Shown: piece by piece, positions 29,764 through 39,825 of the stretch
How the letters are laid out: each line of letters begins with the position of its first letter
Numbering within the stretch: position 1 is the stretch's first letter
Sequence record: SRR2962707_3453
Direction: 5' to 3' (one strand)
DNA length: 43,227 nt
The notes under the pieces: generated by a model
Told to the model about the DNA's origin: nothing
Database searches by the model: none
What the model saw: only the letters and a program-made list of their open reading frames with translations
Made by a program: the position numbers and the translations under genes

Positions 29764-30561
29764 ATGAAACTCAGAAATCTACTGATGGGCGTCGCCAGTG
29801 GTGCGATATTTGCGGTCACGGCAACAGCGTCTTTCGCTGAGTCGACAATGGAGAAGATTGTCCGCACCGGCAAAATGACAATTGCAGTTCAGACACAAGG
29901 CCCGCCCGTCAGCTTTATTAACAAAGACGGTAAGAGAACCGGACTTGCAGTAGAGCTTGCGCGGATGATGGCGGACGACATGGAAGTCGAGCTAATCATT
30001 CAGGATTATGACTGGAAAGGTCTGATCCCGGCGCTGTCTTCAGGCAAGGCGGATTTTATTGCGGCTGACATGACGCCGACTGCCAAGCGGCATATGCAGA
30101 TTGTCTTTACAGAGCCTGTCTTCTTTTCCGAGACAATTGCCTTTGCCCCTGTAGATGCACCCTTTACGAAATGGGAAGAGCTGAACATGGAGGGTGTTTC
30201 GGTCTCTGCTACTCAGGCGTCTTCATGGGCTGACACCGCTCGGAAGGTTTTACCGAATGCTGAGTTGAAAGAATTTTCGGGCGGGACAGCTCAGGCCGTT
30301 CAGGCCGTGGTTTCTGGACGCGCGAGCGCCGGTCTTTCGGACAAGGCAACCATCGCAGGCTTTATGAGCTCAATCGACGGTCTAAAGGTCTTGGACGGCG
30401 AACTTGCGCAAGAGCCGCTTGGTTTTGCGACACGGCCAGATTCCATGCATCTGCTGTTGGCTCTGGACAACTATGTCCGTCTGATCGAAGCGGATGGACG
30501 TTTGGATGCTGCGCTTGATTACTGGTGGAATTCGACCGCCTGGGAAGCCGACAACAAATAA
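29764..30561 (+). CDS. Polar amino acid ABC transporter substrate-binding protein
   Basis: Sec signal, WKGLIPAL.SGK.D, MT.T..R...FTEP (SBP family 3). Confidence 0.92.
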   Translation: MKLRNLLMGVASGAIFAVTATASFAESTMEKIVRTGKMTIAVQTQGPPVSFINKDGKRTGLAVELARMMADDMEVELIIQDYDWKGLIPALSSGKADFIAADMTPTAKRHMQIVFTEPVFFSETIAFAPVDAPFTKWEELNMEGVSVSATQASSWADTARKVLPNAELKEFSGGTAQAVQAVVSGRASAGLSDKATIAGFMSSIDGLKVLDGELAQEPLGFATRPDSMHLLLALDNYVRLIEADGRLDAALDYWWNSTAWEADNK

Positions 30562-30571
30562 AGCGACACCG

Positions 30572-30611
30572 GTCGGGGCGCATCACGTGCCCCGACGCGT
30601 CTGCCTTTTCT
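30572..30611 (+). other. Intercistronic stem-loop / weak terminator after substrate-binding gene
   Basis: GTCGGGGCGC-ATCAC-GTGCCCCGAC followed at short distance by CCTTTTCTTT. Confidence 0.55.
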
Positions 30612-30645
30612 TTGGCGGACACAGAACTAAAGCGGTGGACCTTGG

Positions 30646-31338
30646 ATGGACTGGCTCCAATTCTATTTTAATTTCCGAATTGTCGGGCAATATGCTGATG
30701 TCTTTATCGAAGGCATTGGTCAGACTTTGTGGATTTCGGTCTTATGTCTGATCCTGTCTCTGATTTTCGGGACGTTGCTGGCGCTGGGACGTATGTCGCA
30801 AAACCCACTGATCTGGCGTCCGATCGCGGGGTACATCCAATTTATCCGGTCAACGCCGCTCTTGATTCAAATCTATCTGGTTTATTATGGCCTTCCGTCG
30901 GTCTTGCCGATTGGCAATCTGTTGGACGAGACCCAGACCGGGATCTTGGCTCTGACCATTCACACGTCGCCTTACTTTGGCGAGATCATTCGGGCAGGGA
31001 TATCCTCAGTCAATCGGGGGCAAATCGAAGGCGCGCTGTCTGTTGGTATGACGCCGCGCCAAACGCTGTTTAATGTGACCTTGCCTCAGGCGCTGGCCAA
31101 TGTGATGCCACCACTGCTTGGCCAGACAGCCGTGTTGATCAAGGACACGTCCTTACTTTCGATTATTGCGGTCTTTGAATTGATGGGCGCAGGTCTGCGC
31201 ATGTTCTCAGAAACGGTGATTGCCACAGAAAGCTATGTCACCACGGCAATCTGTTATCTGCTGATTTACGCCCTGATGCTGGTCATCTCGGGAATGTTGC
31301 AAAACAAGCTGGGCGGCAAAGCCTGGCAGGCAAACTAG
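30646..31338 (+). CDS. Polar amino acid ABC transporter permease
   Basis: RSTPLLIQ, EIIRAGI..V..GQ.E, LPQA, IKDTSL. Confidence 0.93.
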   Translation: MDWLQFYFNFRIVGQYADVFIEGIGQTLWISVLCLILSLIFGTLLALGRMSQNPLIWRPIAGYIQFIRSTPLLIQIYLVYYGLPSVLPIGNLLDETQTGILALTIHTSPYFGEIIRAGISSVNRGQIEGALSVGMTPRQTLFNVTLPQALANVMPPLLGQTAVLIKDTSLLSIIAVFELMGAGLRMFSETVIATESYVTTAICYLLIYALMLVISGMLQNKLGGKAWQAN

Positions 31339-31350
31339 AGGAACGCACAG

Positions 31351-32040
31351 ATGGACTCGATCATCGACAAAATCGACATTGTCCAAAGCCTTTGGCCGTT
31401 CCTGCTAAAAGGGTTATGGGCGACATTCCAGATCTCGATCCTAGCGATCCTGTTTGGATCGATCATTGGCTTTGTTCTGGGGGTCTCAAAGACGCTGGGG
31501 CATTATATTTTGACCAAGGTGATAAACGGTTATCTCCACGTGTTGCGCGGATCACCTTACCTTGTTCAACTTTACATCATTTTCTTTGTCTTGCCGTCTT
31601 TGGACATCGCTTGGTTGCAGTTTGATGGGTTTACCGCCGCGGTTGTGTCCCTATCGCTGTACACATCGAGCTACGTGACCGAGATCGTCGCATCTGCGAT
31701 ATTCGCGGTGCCCAATGGCCAAAGCGAAGCAGCCCGCTCTGTTGGTATGACGCGGTTCCAGACCTATAAGAACGTGGTCATCCCGCAGGCCATGAAACTC
31801 ACGATCCCTCCGATGGCCAGCGTCTATGTCATCGTGATCAAAAGCACGGCGGTGCTGTCTGTAATTGGCGTGTCAGAGCTGACCCGTCAGGGCGAAGTTG
31901 CAATTATGCGGATGCCCGGCGACATTATGTTCATCTATCTGCTGATTGCTTTGTTCTACTTCTTCTACTGTTACCCTGTGCTGCGTTTTTCAAAATGGGC
32001 CGAAGGGAAATTTGGGTCTGTTGGAGACGTTGATCACTGA
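31351..32040 (+). CDS. Polar amino acid ABC transporter permease
   Basis: RGSPYLVQ, GQSEAARSVGM, IPQA, IGVSEL. Confidence 0.93.
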   Translation: MDSIIDKIDIVQSLWPFLLKGLWATFQISILAILFGSIIGFVLGVSKTLGHYILTKVINGYLHVLRGSPYLVQLYIIFFVLPSLDIAWLQFDGFTAAVVSLSLYTSSYVTEIVASAIFAVPNGQSEAARSVGMTRFQTYKNVVIPQAMKLTIPPMASVYVIVIKSTAVLSVIGVSELTRQGEVAIMRMPGDIMFIYLLIALFYFFYCYPVLRFSKWAEGKFGSVGDVDH

Positions 32041-32076
32041 CGACCAAAACTTGCGGATGGCCACAACGAAGTGACC

Positions 32077-32105
32077 GCTTTGGCCAAATGGCCAAAGCTT
32101 TGTTT
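32077..32105 (+). terminator. Rho-independent terminator of the amino acid ABC operon
   Basis: GCTTTGGCC-AAAT-GGCCAAAGC followed by TTTGTTT. Confidence 0.65.
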
Positions 32106-32562
32106 GCGTTGGGGCAGTGAGTTTTGATTGTAAGTATCCACAAACATACACCGCATTATCGGGACGAGGGATGCCGTTCCCGAATCTACGGCACCTTTTG
32201 CATGGTTCTCTTGGAAAAGGCGTCAGCCTTCTAGAACTTGATCACTCTAGGATTGAATCTTGGCTGAGGGTTTCACGCAAGATTCTGCATTGAACGTCAG
32301 CCAGCCGCCGCTTTTTTGATCACAGCGGCGGAGGTTGAGGCGTATGATTTATGCAAGGTAATGAAGTAACGCGCCTCATTCCGTTCATCATCTAACCGCG
32401 ACCCCTTCTAACCCTTTATAAAAGCGCGATTTAGAGGGGGTCGGTGCGAAAAATGCACCGGACCTATGATTTTAAAGCAATTGAAGTGGACAGTATTCCA
32501 ACACACGCTCAGGCCAACGGGAGACACTCAATAGTTTTGGCGACCTTCGAAAGGGCGGATAC

Positions 32563-34170
32563 ATGAGCGAACAAACTTCAAGACGGAATTTTTTGAAAAT
32601 GGGTGCGGCTGGGGCGTCTGTCCTACCGTTTCTGCGTGCAATGCCGGCAGCGGCACAGGGCTCTGACACCCTTGTTGTTGTAACGGGACAAACAATCAAC
32701 TCGTTGGATCTTCACCGGACGGGCACCAGCCGGGCCTCGTATCAGGTCGGGATCAACTGCTATGATCGTCTTGTCTCTTTCGGCACCAAAGAAGCGACAG
32801 GCGGCGGATACTCTTATGACTATGAAGTCATTGAACCAGAGCTGGCTGAAAGCTGGACCGTTTCTGACGATGGTCTGACCCTGACGTTCAAGCTAAAACC
32901 AAATGCCACGTTCTGGGATGGCCGCAAAGTAACCGCCGCTGACGTTAAATGGTCCTTTGATCGCGCGGTCTCGGTTGGTGGCTTCCCGACAGTTCAGATG
33001 AAGGCCGGCGGTTTGGAACGTCCAGACCAGTTTGTCGCGGTTGATGACGAGACTTTCGTAATCAAGCTTGATCGTCCATCCAAACTGACCATTCCGGATT
33101 TGGCTGTGCCGGTCCCGTATATCATGAACTCGGTCGAAGCTTTGGCAAATGCCACTGACGATGATCCGTGGGCGATGGATTACTTGCACATGACACCGGC
33201 TGGTTCTGGTGCATTCAAGGTTGCGCGCTGGACCCCTGGCGAACAGCTTGTTTATGAACGCAATGACGATTGGGTTGGCGGCCCATTACCCGCGGTCAAA
33301 CGCGTTGTGATCCGAGAAGTGCCAAGCCCGGCAACACGACGTGCTCTTGTTGAGCGCGGTGATGTACAGATGGCCTTTGGCATTCCAGATAAGGATGCGG
33401 CTGAGCTGGCTGACAAGATTGATGTTTTCTCGACACCCGTCGAAAACTGCATTCACTGCCTGTGCCCGAACAATGCATTTGAACCTTTCCAGGATCCGGA
33501 TGTTCGTAAGGCGATTGCTTACGCGGTCCCCTACGAAGATATCTTCCAAGCTGCTGCCTATGGCCGTGGTCTGCCTCTTTGGGGTGGCGAAGAAGAGATC
33601 AACGACATCGCATGGCCGCGTAAAACGCAGTATTACACTGACCTCGAAAAAGCCAAAGAATACATGGCCAAATCCGGCTATGCGGATGGGTTCGAAGTGC
33701 CTTTGTCGATCAGTCTTGATCTGGCATCATGGATGGAACCAACCGCGTTGCTAATTCAGGAAGCGCTCGGACAGATCGGTATCACTGTTGAAATCGAGAA
33801 AATCCCCGGTGCGAATTGGCGGACAGCTGTTTTGGTTGAAAAGCGTTTGCCGCTTCACCTCGAGAACTTTGGCGGCTGGCTGAACACACCAGACTATTAT
33901 TTCTTCTGGGCGTACCAAGACGGTCACTTGTTCAATTCTTCCAACTACCGGAACGAAGAGATCGAAGATCTGGTCAATGCGACGCTGCATATGCCAATGG
34001 ATGATCCGGAATATGCACCAAAAATCAAACGCATGTTTGAGATTGTGCTGGATGATCTGCCACGTATTCCACTGTATCAGCCGGCTCTTAATGTGGCGGC
34101 AAATGGCGCAGAAGGTTACGAGTTCTGGTTCCACAGACAGTTGGACGTGCGTCCACTGAAATCGGTCTGA
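32563..34170 (+). CDS. Peptide/nickel-type (family 5) ABC transporter substrate-binding protein with Tat signal
   Basis: SRRNFLK twin-arginine signal; PELAESW.VS.DG..TF.L..NA.F.DG..VTA.DV.WS family 5 motif; GSGAFK. Confidence 0.93.
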   Translation: MSEQTSRRNFLKMGAAGASVLPFLRAMPAAAQGSDTLVVVTGQTINSLDLHRTGTSRASYQVGINCYDRLVSFGTKEATGGGYSYDYEVIEPELAESWTVSDDGLTLTFKLKPNATFWDGRKVTAADVKWSFDRAVSVGGFPTVQMKAGGLERPDQFVAVDDETFVIKLDRPSKLTIPDLAVPVPYIMNSVEALANATDDDPWAMDYLHMTPAGSGAFKVARWTPGEQLVYERNDDWVGGPLPAVKRVVIREVPSPATRRALVERGDVQMAFGIPDKDAAELADKIDVFSTPVENCIHCLCPNNAFEPFQDPDVRKAIAYAVPYEDIFQAAAYGRGLPLWGGEEEINDIAWPRKTQYYTDLEKAKEYMAKSGYADGFEVPLSISLDLASWMEPTALLIQEALGQIGITVEIEKIPGANWRTAVLVEKRLPLHLENFGGWLNTPDYYFFWAYQDGHLFNSSNYRNEEIEDLVNATLHMPMDDPEYAPKIKRMFEIVLDDLPRIPLYQPALNVAANGAEGYEFWFHRQLDVRPLKSV

Positions 34171-34173
34171 GCA

Positions 34174-35208
34174 ATGCTTATGGCATATCCTCGATTGCGC
34201 GCAGTGCTGATGCGTTGCGCGCAATCAATTCCGGTCGTGATCGGCGTTGTGGTGATCAGCTTTTTGCTGACCCGCGCGCTGCCGGGTGATCCAGCGGTCT
34301 ATTTTGCTGGTGTCGCGGCAGATGCAGAGTCGATCGAGCAGACCCGTGTCGCGCTTGGTCTGGACAAGCCCCTTGTACAGCAGTTCTTTATCTACGTCGG
34401 AGACTTGCTGGAAGGGGACCTTGGACAATCTATCTCGAGCGGTCGTCCGGTGGCCACGGATTTGGCCAGCCGTTTGCCTGCCTCCCTTGAGCTGACGCTG
34501 ACCGCACTTTTCTTAGCCTGCGCCATTGCCATTCCTTTGGGCGTCTTGGCAGCCACCCGACCGGGCACATGGGTTGACCATTTGTGCCGCGTTGTGGTGA
34601 CAGCAGGGGTGTCCTTGCCGACATTTTTCACCGGCATCCTATTGATCTATATCTTCTATTACCTGCTTGGTATTGCGCCATCGCCCTTGGGCCGACTGGA
34701 CTTTATCTATCTGGACCCGGACCATGTCACAGGGTTTTACCTGATTGACGCGGCACTGATGGGCGATTGGGAAACATGGCTTGGCGCTGCGAAGCAACTG
34801 ATCTTACCGGCCTTTACGCTTGCCCTTTTCACGCTTGCACCGGTGGCGCGGATGACACGCGCGGCGATGCTGACAGCTCTGTCCTCAGACTTTATCCGCA
34901 CCGCGCGGGCGGCCGGGCTTTCAAACCGGACCATTCTGTATCGTTACGCTTTTCGCAACGCCTTGCTGCCAGTCGTCACCACCCTTGGCATGGTGTTTTC
35001 TTTTGCTCTTGGCGCCAATGTGCTGGTTGAAAAGGTGTTTGCCTGGCCGGGCATCGGGTCCTATGCCGTCGAAGCTTTGGTGGTGTCGGACTATGCCGCC
35101 GTCCAGGGTTTTGTTTTGGCGATGGCGCTCTTGTTTGTCGCCCTGAACCTAGTGATCGATCTGCTGTATACCATCATTGATCCCCGTATAGGATTTGCCG
35201 CCAAATGA
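34174..35208 (+). CDS. Peptide-type ABC transporter permease (DppB-like)
   Basis: LPGDPA, GDLGQS, LPASLEL, DFIRTARAAGL, EKVFAWPGIG. Confidence 0.93.
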   Translation: MLMAYPRLRAVLMRCAQSIPVVIGVVVISFLLTRALPGDPAVYFAGVAADAESIEQTRVALGLDKPLVQQFFIYVGDLLEGDLGQSISSGRPVATDLASRLPASLELTLTALFLACAIAIPLGVLAATRPGTWVDHLCRVVVTAGVSLPTFFTGILLIYIFYYLLGIAPSPLGRLDFIYLDPDHVTGFYLIDAALMGDWETWLGAAKQLILPAFTLALFTLAPVARMTRAAMLTALSSDFIRTARAAGLSNRTILYRYAFRNALLPVVTTLGMVFSFALGANVLVEKVFAWPGIGSYAVEALVVSDYAAVQGFVLAMALLFVALNLVIDLLYTIIDPRIGFAAK

Positions 35209-36083
35209 CTGATGTTCCTTTAAAATCCGCGCGCAAGACTACGGGGGGGCTGGATCACCTGATCTATGTTCTACGCGAAAACCCCGTGACGTTTTTCGCC
35301 TTCGCCATGTTTGCACTGCTTCTTTTGTCGGCCATTTTCGGACCGTATATCGTCCCGTATGACCCTTTGCAGACTAATGCGGTGAATGCTTTGCAGCCGC
35401 CGTCCTGGGCGCATTGGTTTGGCACCGACAATGTCGGACGGGATGTCTTTAGCCGGGTGATCGTCGCGACAAGGTTGGACCTTTCGATTTCCGTGGCCGC
35501 TGTGGCGCTGTCCTTTGTTGTCGGGTCGATTTTGGGCGGCATCGCGGGCTATTGGGGCGGATGGTTGGACATCGTGCTGAACCGATGCCTCGACACGATT
35601 ATGGCGTTTCCCTTGTTTGTTCTGGCTATGGGAATTGTCGCGGCTCTTGGCAACACAATCGAAAACATCATCTACGCAACGGCAATTATCAACATGCCGT
35701 TCTACGCGCGGCTTGTCCGTGCCGAGGTGAATATTCGGCGAGAGGCTGGTTTTGCCCGCGCCGCCAAGCTTTCTGGTAATTCTGACCTGCGGGTCTTGGC
35801 GGTTCATATCTTTCCCAACGCTTTGCCTCCAATGATGGTGCAAGTGTCCTTGAACCTGGGCTGGGCCATTCTGAACGCGGCCGGTCTGTCCTTTATTGGC
35901 TTGGGTGTACGGCCACCGACCCCGGAATGGGGCATCATGGTTGCGGAAGGGGCGAACTTCATCGTTTCTGGCGAATGGTGGTTGGCCGTCTTCCCTGGGC
36001 TTTGGTTGATGATTGCGGTGTTCACATTCAATCTGTTGGGTGACGGTCTTCGCGACATTGTCGATCCACGTAAGAGGACTTGA
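35205..36083 (+). CDS. Peptide-type ABC transporter permease (DppC-like)
   Basis: HWFGTDNVGRDVFSR, LSFIGLG..PPTPEWG, FNLLGDGLRD. Confidence 0.93.
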   Translation: MTDVPLKSARKTTGGLDHLIYVLRENPVTFFAFAMFALLLLSAIFGPYIVPYDPLQTNAVNALQPPSWAHWFGTDNVGRDVFSRVIVATRLDLSISVAAVALSFVVGSILGGIAGYWGGWLDIVLNRCLDTIMAFPLFVLAMGIVAALGNTIENIIYATAIINMPFYARLVRAEVNIRREAGFARAAKLSGNSDLRVLAVHIFPNALPPMMVQVSLNLGWAILNAAGLSFIGLGVRPPTPEWGIMVAEGANFIVSGEWWLAVFPGLWLMIAVFTFNLLGDGLRDIVDPRKRT

Positions 36084-36087
36084 TACG

Positions 36088-37719
36088 ATGCTAAGCGTAA
36101 ATGACTTGGCGGTATCCTTTAAAACCCGCCGTGGCGATGTTGAGGCGGTACGGGGGATCAGTTTCGAATTGGCCAAAGGAGAAATCCTTGGAATAGTTGG
36201 CGAAAGTGGCTCTGGTAAATCGGTGACGTCCTACGCGTTGATGCGTATTCTGGACGCGGGTGGTTCGATCAAAACAGGAGAAGCCACCTATTCTGGCATC
36301 GACCTGCGCCGGGCAGCAGAGCGTGATATGCGCGACATCCGGGGTCGCGAAATTTCGATGATTTTTCAGAACCCGCGTGCTGCGTTGAACCCGATCCGAA
36401 AGGTAGGTCACCAGATCGAAGACGTCTTGCGCCGTCATGCCCGTGCGACGCGCTATGACGCGAAGGAAAAGGCGATTGAGGCGCTGAAATCGGTTCGGAT
36501 CAACGACGCGGAAGCCCGTTATAATGCCTATCCGTTTGAGCTGTCAGGCGGCATGTGCCAACGCATCGTCTGTGCGATTGCCTTAGCCTGCGACCCCCGT
36601 TTGTTGATTGCCGACGAACCCACGACGGGTCTGGATATCACTACTCAAAAAGCGGTCATGGATCTGGTGCGCGATCTTATCCGGGAACGAGAGATGAGCA
36701 GCATTCTGATCACCCATGATCTTGGTCTTGCCGCGCAATATTGTGACCGGATCATCGTGATGAAAGATGGTTTGATCGTCGAGCAGGGCGATCCGACCCG
36801 GATTTTCAGCAACCCAGAGCACAGCTATTCCCGAAAACTGGTCGATGCGACGCCGCGTATTGGCGAAAGTATTCGCAGTCTGTTGCCACCAGAAGAGCGC
36901 AAGGCGGAAATCGCCCACAAAGTGCATGAACGCCCGCTGCTTGAGGTCAATAAGCTGGTGAAAACCTATCAGGGCAAGTCTGGTCCCGTGCACGCGGTCA
37001 AAGGTATTTCCTTTGTGATCAAACAAGGGGAAAGCGTTGGTTTGGTTGGCGAAAGCGGGTGTGGAAAATCCACAACCTCAGAAATCTTGGTGCGTTTGCT
37101 GGATGCCACCAGTGGCGACATTGTCTTTGACGGACAAGATATTGCCGGGATCTCGGCGCAGGACTTTGCCCGCAATCCACGGCGGGCCGACATTCAGATG
37201 GTGTTTCAGGATGCCACCGATAGCCTGAACCCACGACATACATCCCGACAAACCATTGCAGAGCCTTTGCGACGTTTGGGGAAACTGAAGGGGGCAAAGC
37301 TGACGGCTCGGATCGAAGAGCTTGCCGATCTTGTCGGGCTTCCCTTGCCCTTATTGGATCGGTTTCCGCATCAGTTGTCGGGGGGCCAAAAGGCGAGGGT
37401 GGGAATTGCCCGCGCCGTGGCGCTTGAGCCGAAGTTTCTGATCTTGGATGAACCAACGGCCGCGCTTGATGTTTCTATTCAGGCAGTGGTTTTGAACCTG
37501 TTGGTTGATCTGCGCGCGAAACTTGGTATGAGCTATCTTTTCGTCAGCCATGATTTGCACGTGGTCCGATTGTTATGTGACCACGTCATCGTAATGAAGG
37601 ACGGTGAAATCGTAGAGCAGGGTCCCGCGCAAGAGATCATGTCAAACCCGTCCCATGACTACACCAAGACCTTACTTGCCGCTGCACCAACACCGCCTGC
37701 GCGCCGGAACGTCGCCTGA
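36088..37719 (+). CDS. Peptide-type ABC transporter ATP-binding protein, two fused ATPase domains (DppD/F-like)
   Basis: Two Walker A motifs (GESGSGKS, GESGCGKS) and two signatures (LSGGMCQR, LSGGQKAR); start at ATG 36088. Confidence 0.93.
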   Translation: MLSVNDLAVSFKTRRGDVEAVRGISFELAKGEILGIVGESGSGKSVTSYALMRILDAGGSIKTGEATYSGIDLRRAAERDMRDIRGREISMIFQNPRAALNPIRKVGHQIEDVLRRHARATRYDAKEKAIEALKSVRINDAEARYNAYPFELSGGMCQRIVCAIALACDPRLLIADEPTTGLDITTQKAVMDLVRDLIREREMSSILITHDLGLAAQYCDRIIVMKDGLIVEQGDPTRIFSNPEHSYSRKLVDATPRIGESIRSLLPPEERKAEIAHKVHERPLLEVNKLVKTYQGKSGPVHAVKGISFVIKQGESVGLVGESGCGKSTTSEILVRLLDATSGDIVFDGQDIAGISAQDFARNPRRADIQMVFQDATDSLNPRHTSRQTIAEPLRRLGKLKGAKLTARIEELADLVGLPLPLLDRFPHQLSGGQKARVGIARAVALEPKFLILDEPTAALDVSIQAVVLNLLVDLRAKLGMSYLFVSHDLHVVRLLCDHVIVMKDGEIVEQGPAQEIMSNPSHDYTKTLLAAAPTPPARRNVA

Positions 37720-37833
37720 GTTGTCTAAAACCGGAATGTGATTGAAAGGATTTGAGGTCGTGAACAGCTAATTGTTCATGCGTTGAGATACGGGTCGATC
37801 ACACCAACCGAGCATAATCAAAGGGTCATTAAG

Positions 37834-38304
37834 GTGACAATTGTAGAAGAGAAAATGAAGTCCCTCGGGCTGGAATTCCCACCAGATTGGACACCACGCG
37901 GCCAGTTCTTACCTTTTCGGCGAGACGGCTCAATTGTCTATCTCTCTGGCCAAATTTGTGAATGGGATGGCGAGGTTACCCATTTTGGCCCTGTTCTGGA
38001 CACGCCGGAGAGTTTGAAGGAGGCGCAGGCCGCCGCCCAGATATGCGCCTTGAACCTGATCTACCGGTTGAGAGAAGTCTGTGACGGCAATCTCGACAAA
38101 GTTGACTGTGTCTTAAGACTGGGTGGATTTGTAAATTGCCTGTCTGGCTTTCCAAGCAGTCCGGCGGTGATTAATGGGGCCACAGAGGTGTTCATCGCTT
38201 TGTTTGGGGATCAGGGATGGCATGCCCGCACAGCCGTCGGGGTGTCTGGGCTTCCCGGAAATGCCGCTGTCGAAGTCGACGCCATTGTGCGGTTGTTGGA
38301 CTGA
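37834..38304 (+). CDS. Rid (YjgF) family protein, Rid1-like with conserved Arg
   Basis: YLSGQ, LGGFVN, VINGA.E...LFG..G.HARTAVGV..LP.NAAVEVD; start placed at GTG 37834 (ORF track starts at 37783). Confidence 0.88.
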   Translation: MTIVEEKMKSLGLEFPPDWTPRGQFLPFRRDGSIVYLSGQICEWDGEVTHFGPVLDTPESLKEAQAAAQICALNLIYRLREVCDGNLDKVDCVLRLGGFVNCLSGFPSSPAVINGATEVFIALFGDQGWHARTAVGVSGLPGNAAVEVDAIVRLLD

Positions 38305-39546
38305 TCACTGCGTAGGCAATGTTGGTCTCGGCATCGGTGGCGCTAGGTCTTCCAAAGCCTTGGCCAAGGCCAGCAACTTCATATCTTGTCCCGGGTGTCC
38401 TGCAAGCATGATGGACAATGGCCGACCCAACTGATCCAGCCCCCAGGGCAAGCTGATCAAAGGGCCGCCAAAAACTGTCCAAGGGGTGAGCCAGTCCTGA
38501 AACCCTGTGGTACCGTCAATCAGCGGTGCCCCGTCCGGTACAGCCAATGTCAGAATTGTATTGACCCCATTAAGGCTCTGCCAGAACTCGCGCTTTGCCT
38601 TAGACAGATAAGAGACCGAAGCGTTGTAGTCCTCAGCTGTCGTCTCCCGGCCCAATAACAAGCCTGTGCGGAACTTTGGTTGCAGCAGGTCAATGGTCTT
38701 CGCCTGCAATAGGTCTTCGTGCGCCATTACGGCTTCATAGTTCATGATACGTCGATGATGGTGAACGACTTCGGAGACATCTGCAGAGAATGTCCAAGTT
38801 TTGGCGTCAATATTCAGCGTTCCAAGAGCCTCAGCCGCGCGGTCGTAGGCCTTGATCATCTCTTCCGCAGGAGGCGGATCGGCGGGTAGAATTGTCTTTA
38901 CGGCACGAAACCCATCGACGGGGTCTTTGCTAATTTCAGGGCGCGTCGGGCACATAACCTGAAAGCACTTTGATGCCAGCTCTACCGAGGTTGCGATGAT
39001 CCCAATCGTATCGAAGCTGGGCGCAAGAGGCGTTGCGCCGGTGCGCGGCAAGACGGCATAAGAAGGCTTGAACCCCACTGCGCCGCAATATGCGGCAGGT
39101 CGACAAAGCGATCCGGCGGTCTGAGTGCCAAGCGCCACATCCACCAACCCCGCTGCGACCGCAGCGCCAGATCCACTGCTTGATCCGCCGGGAGATCGCT
39201 GCGCGTCATGGGGATTGCGACAGCTGGTGGGGTCAGTAAAGGCAAACTCTGTGGTTGTTGTTTTGCCAATGATCTCAGCGCCGCTGGCGCGTAAAGCGGC
39301 CACAACCTCTGCGTCCTGAGCAGCAGGCAGGGCGTCTTGGCAGGCCAGACTGCCATTGCTTGTTTTCATCCCGGCCACGTCAATGACGTCTTTGACACCG
39401 ACACGCAGCCCAGAAAGAGGGCTGTCGTTTTTTGCAGACTTGGCTGTATCTTGAGGTCCGCAGAACGCGACAAAGGAATGGATATGCTGTTCCCACAATT
39501 CAATCTGTGTGTCTGGGTGAGCTTTCACTTCGCATCGTTCTTTCAT
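38305..39546 (-). CDS. Amidase signature family protein
   Basis: [42 protein letters not shown] (Ser-cisSer-Lys triad motifs). Confidence 0.92.
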   Translation of the reverse strand: MKERCEVKAHPDTQIELWEQHIHSFVAFCGPQDTAKSAKNDSPLSGLRVGVKDVIDVAGMKTSNGSLACQDALPAAQDAEVVAALRASGAEIIGKTTTTEFAFTDPTSCRNPHDAQRSPGGSSSGSGAAVAAGLVDVALGTQTAGSLCRPAAYCGAVGFKPSYAVLPRTGATPLAPSFDTIGIIATSVELASKCFQVMCPTRPEISKDPVDGFRAVKTILPADPPPAEEMIKAYDRAAEALGTLNIDAKTWTFSADVSEVVHHHRRIMNYEAVMAHEDLLQAKTIDLLQPKFRTGLLLGRETTAEDYNASVSYLSKAKREFWQSLNGVNTILTLAVPDGAPLIDGTTGFQDWLTPWTVFGGPLISLPWGLDQLGRPLSIMLAGHPGQDMKLLALAKALEDLAPPMPRPTLPTQ

Positions 39547-39825
39547 CTTTGGGCCGAGCCCGGCATTTCAAGAAATCGCCTTGAAATGTATGCGTGAGAA
39601 TGGCTGGATGGGATAGTTTTGATGTCGCGCACGGTTCGCAAACAAATGGGTTTTGCCGCCACTGTCATTTGTTTGGCCGTCTCTTGGGAAAAGAGGCATT
39701 TATTGTGCGTTTTGCAAGAGGGTTCAAAGTAGCGGTTGAACGTCTGGTCGATTTCAAACCAACCTGCTCAGACCTTGGCAGTGAGTACAGATCAGGACTG
39801 GCTTACAAAAGTAAGCCAACTGGCC

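Noticed and set aside
32186-32204. Sigma-54-like CGGCAC...TTGCA and NtrC-like dyad at 32442-32460
   Set aside because: GG-to-GC spacing is 8 rather than 10 nt, and the dyad is GTGC-N7-GCAC, the reverse of the NtrC GCAC-N7-GTGC arrangement.
39799-39818. Perfect hairpin TGGCTTAC-AAAA-GTAAGCCA just downstream of the luciferase-like gene
   Set aside because: No U-tract on either strand, so not called as an intrinsic terminator; single copy seen.
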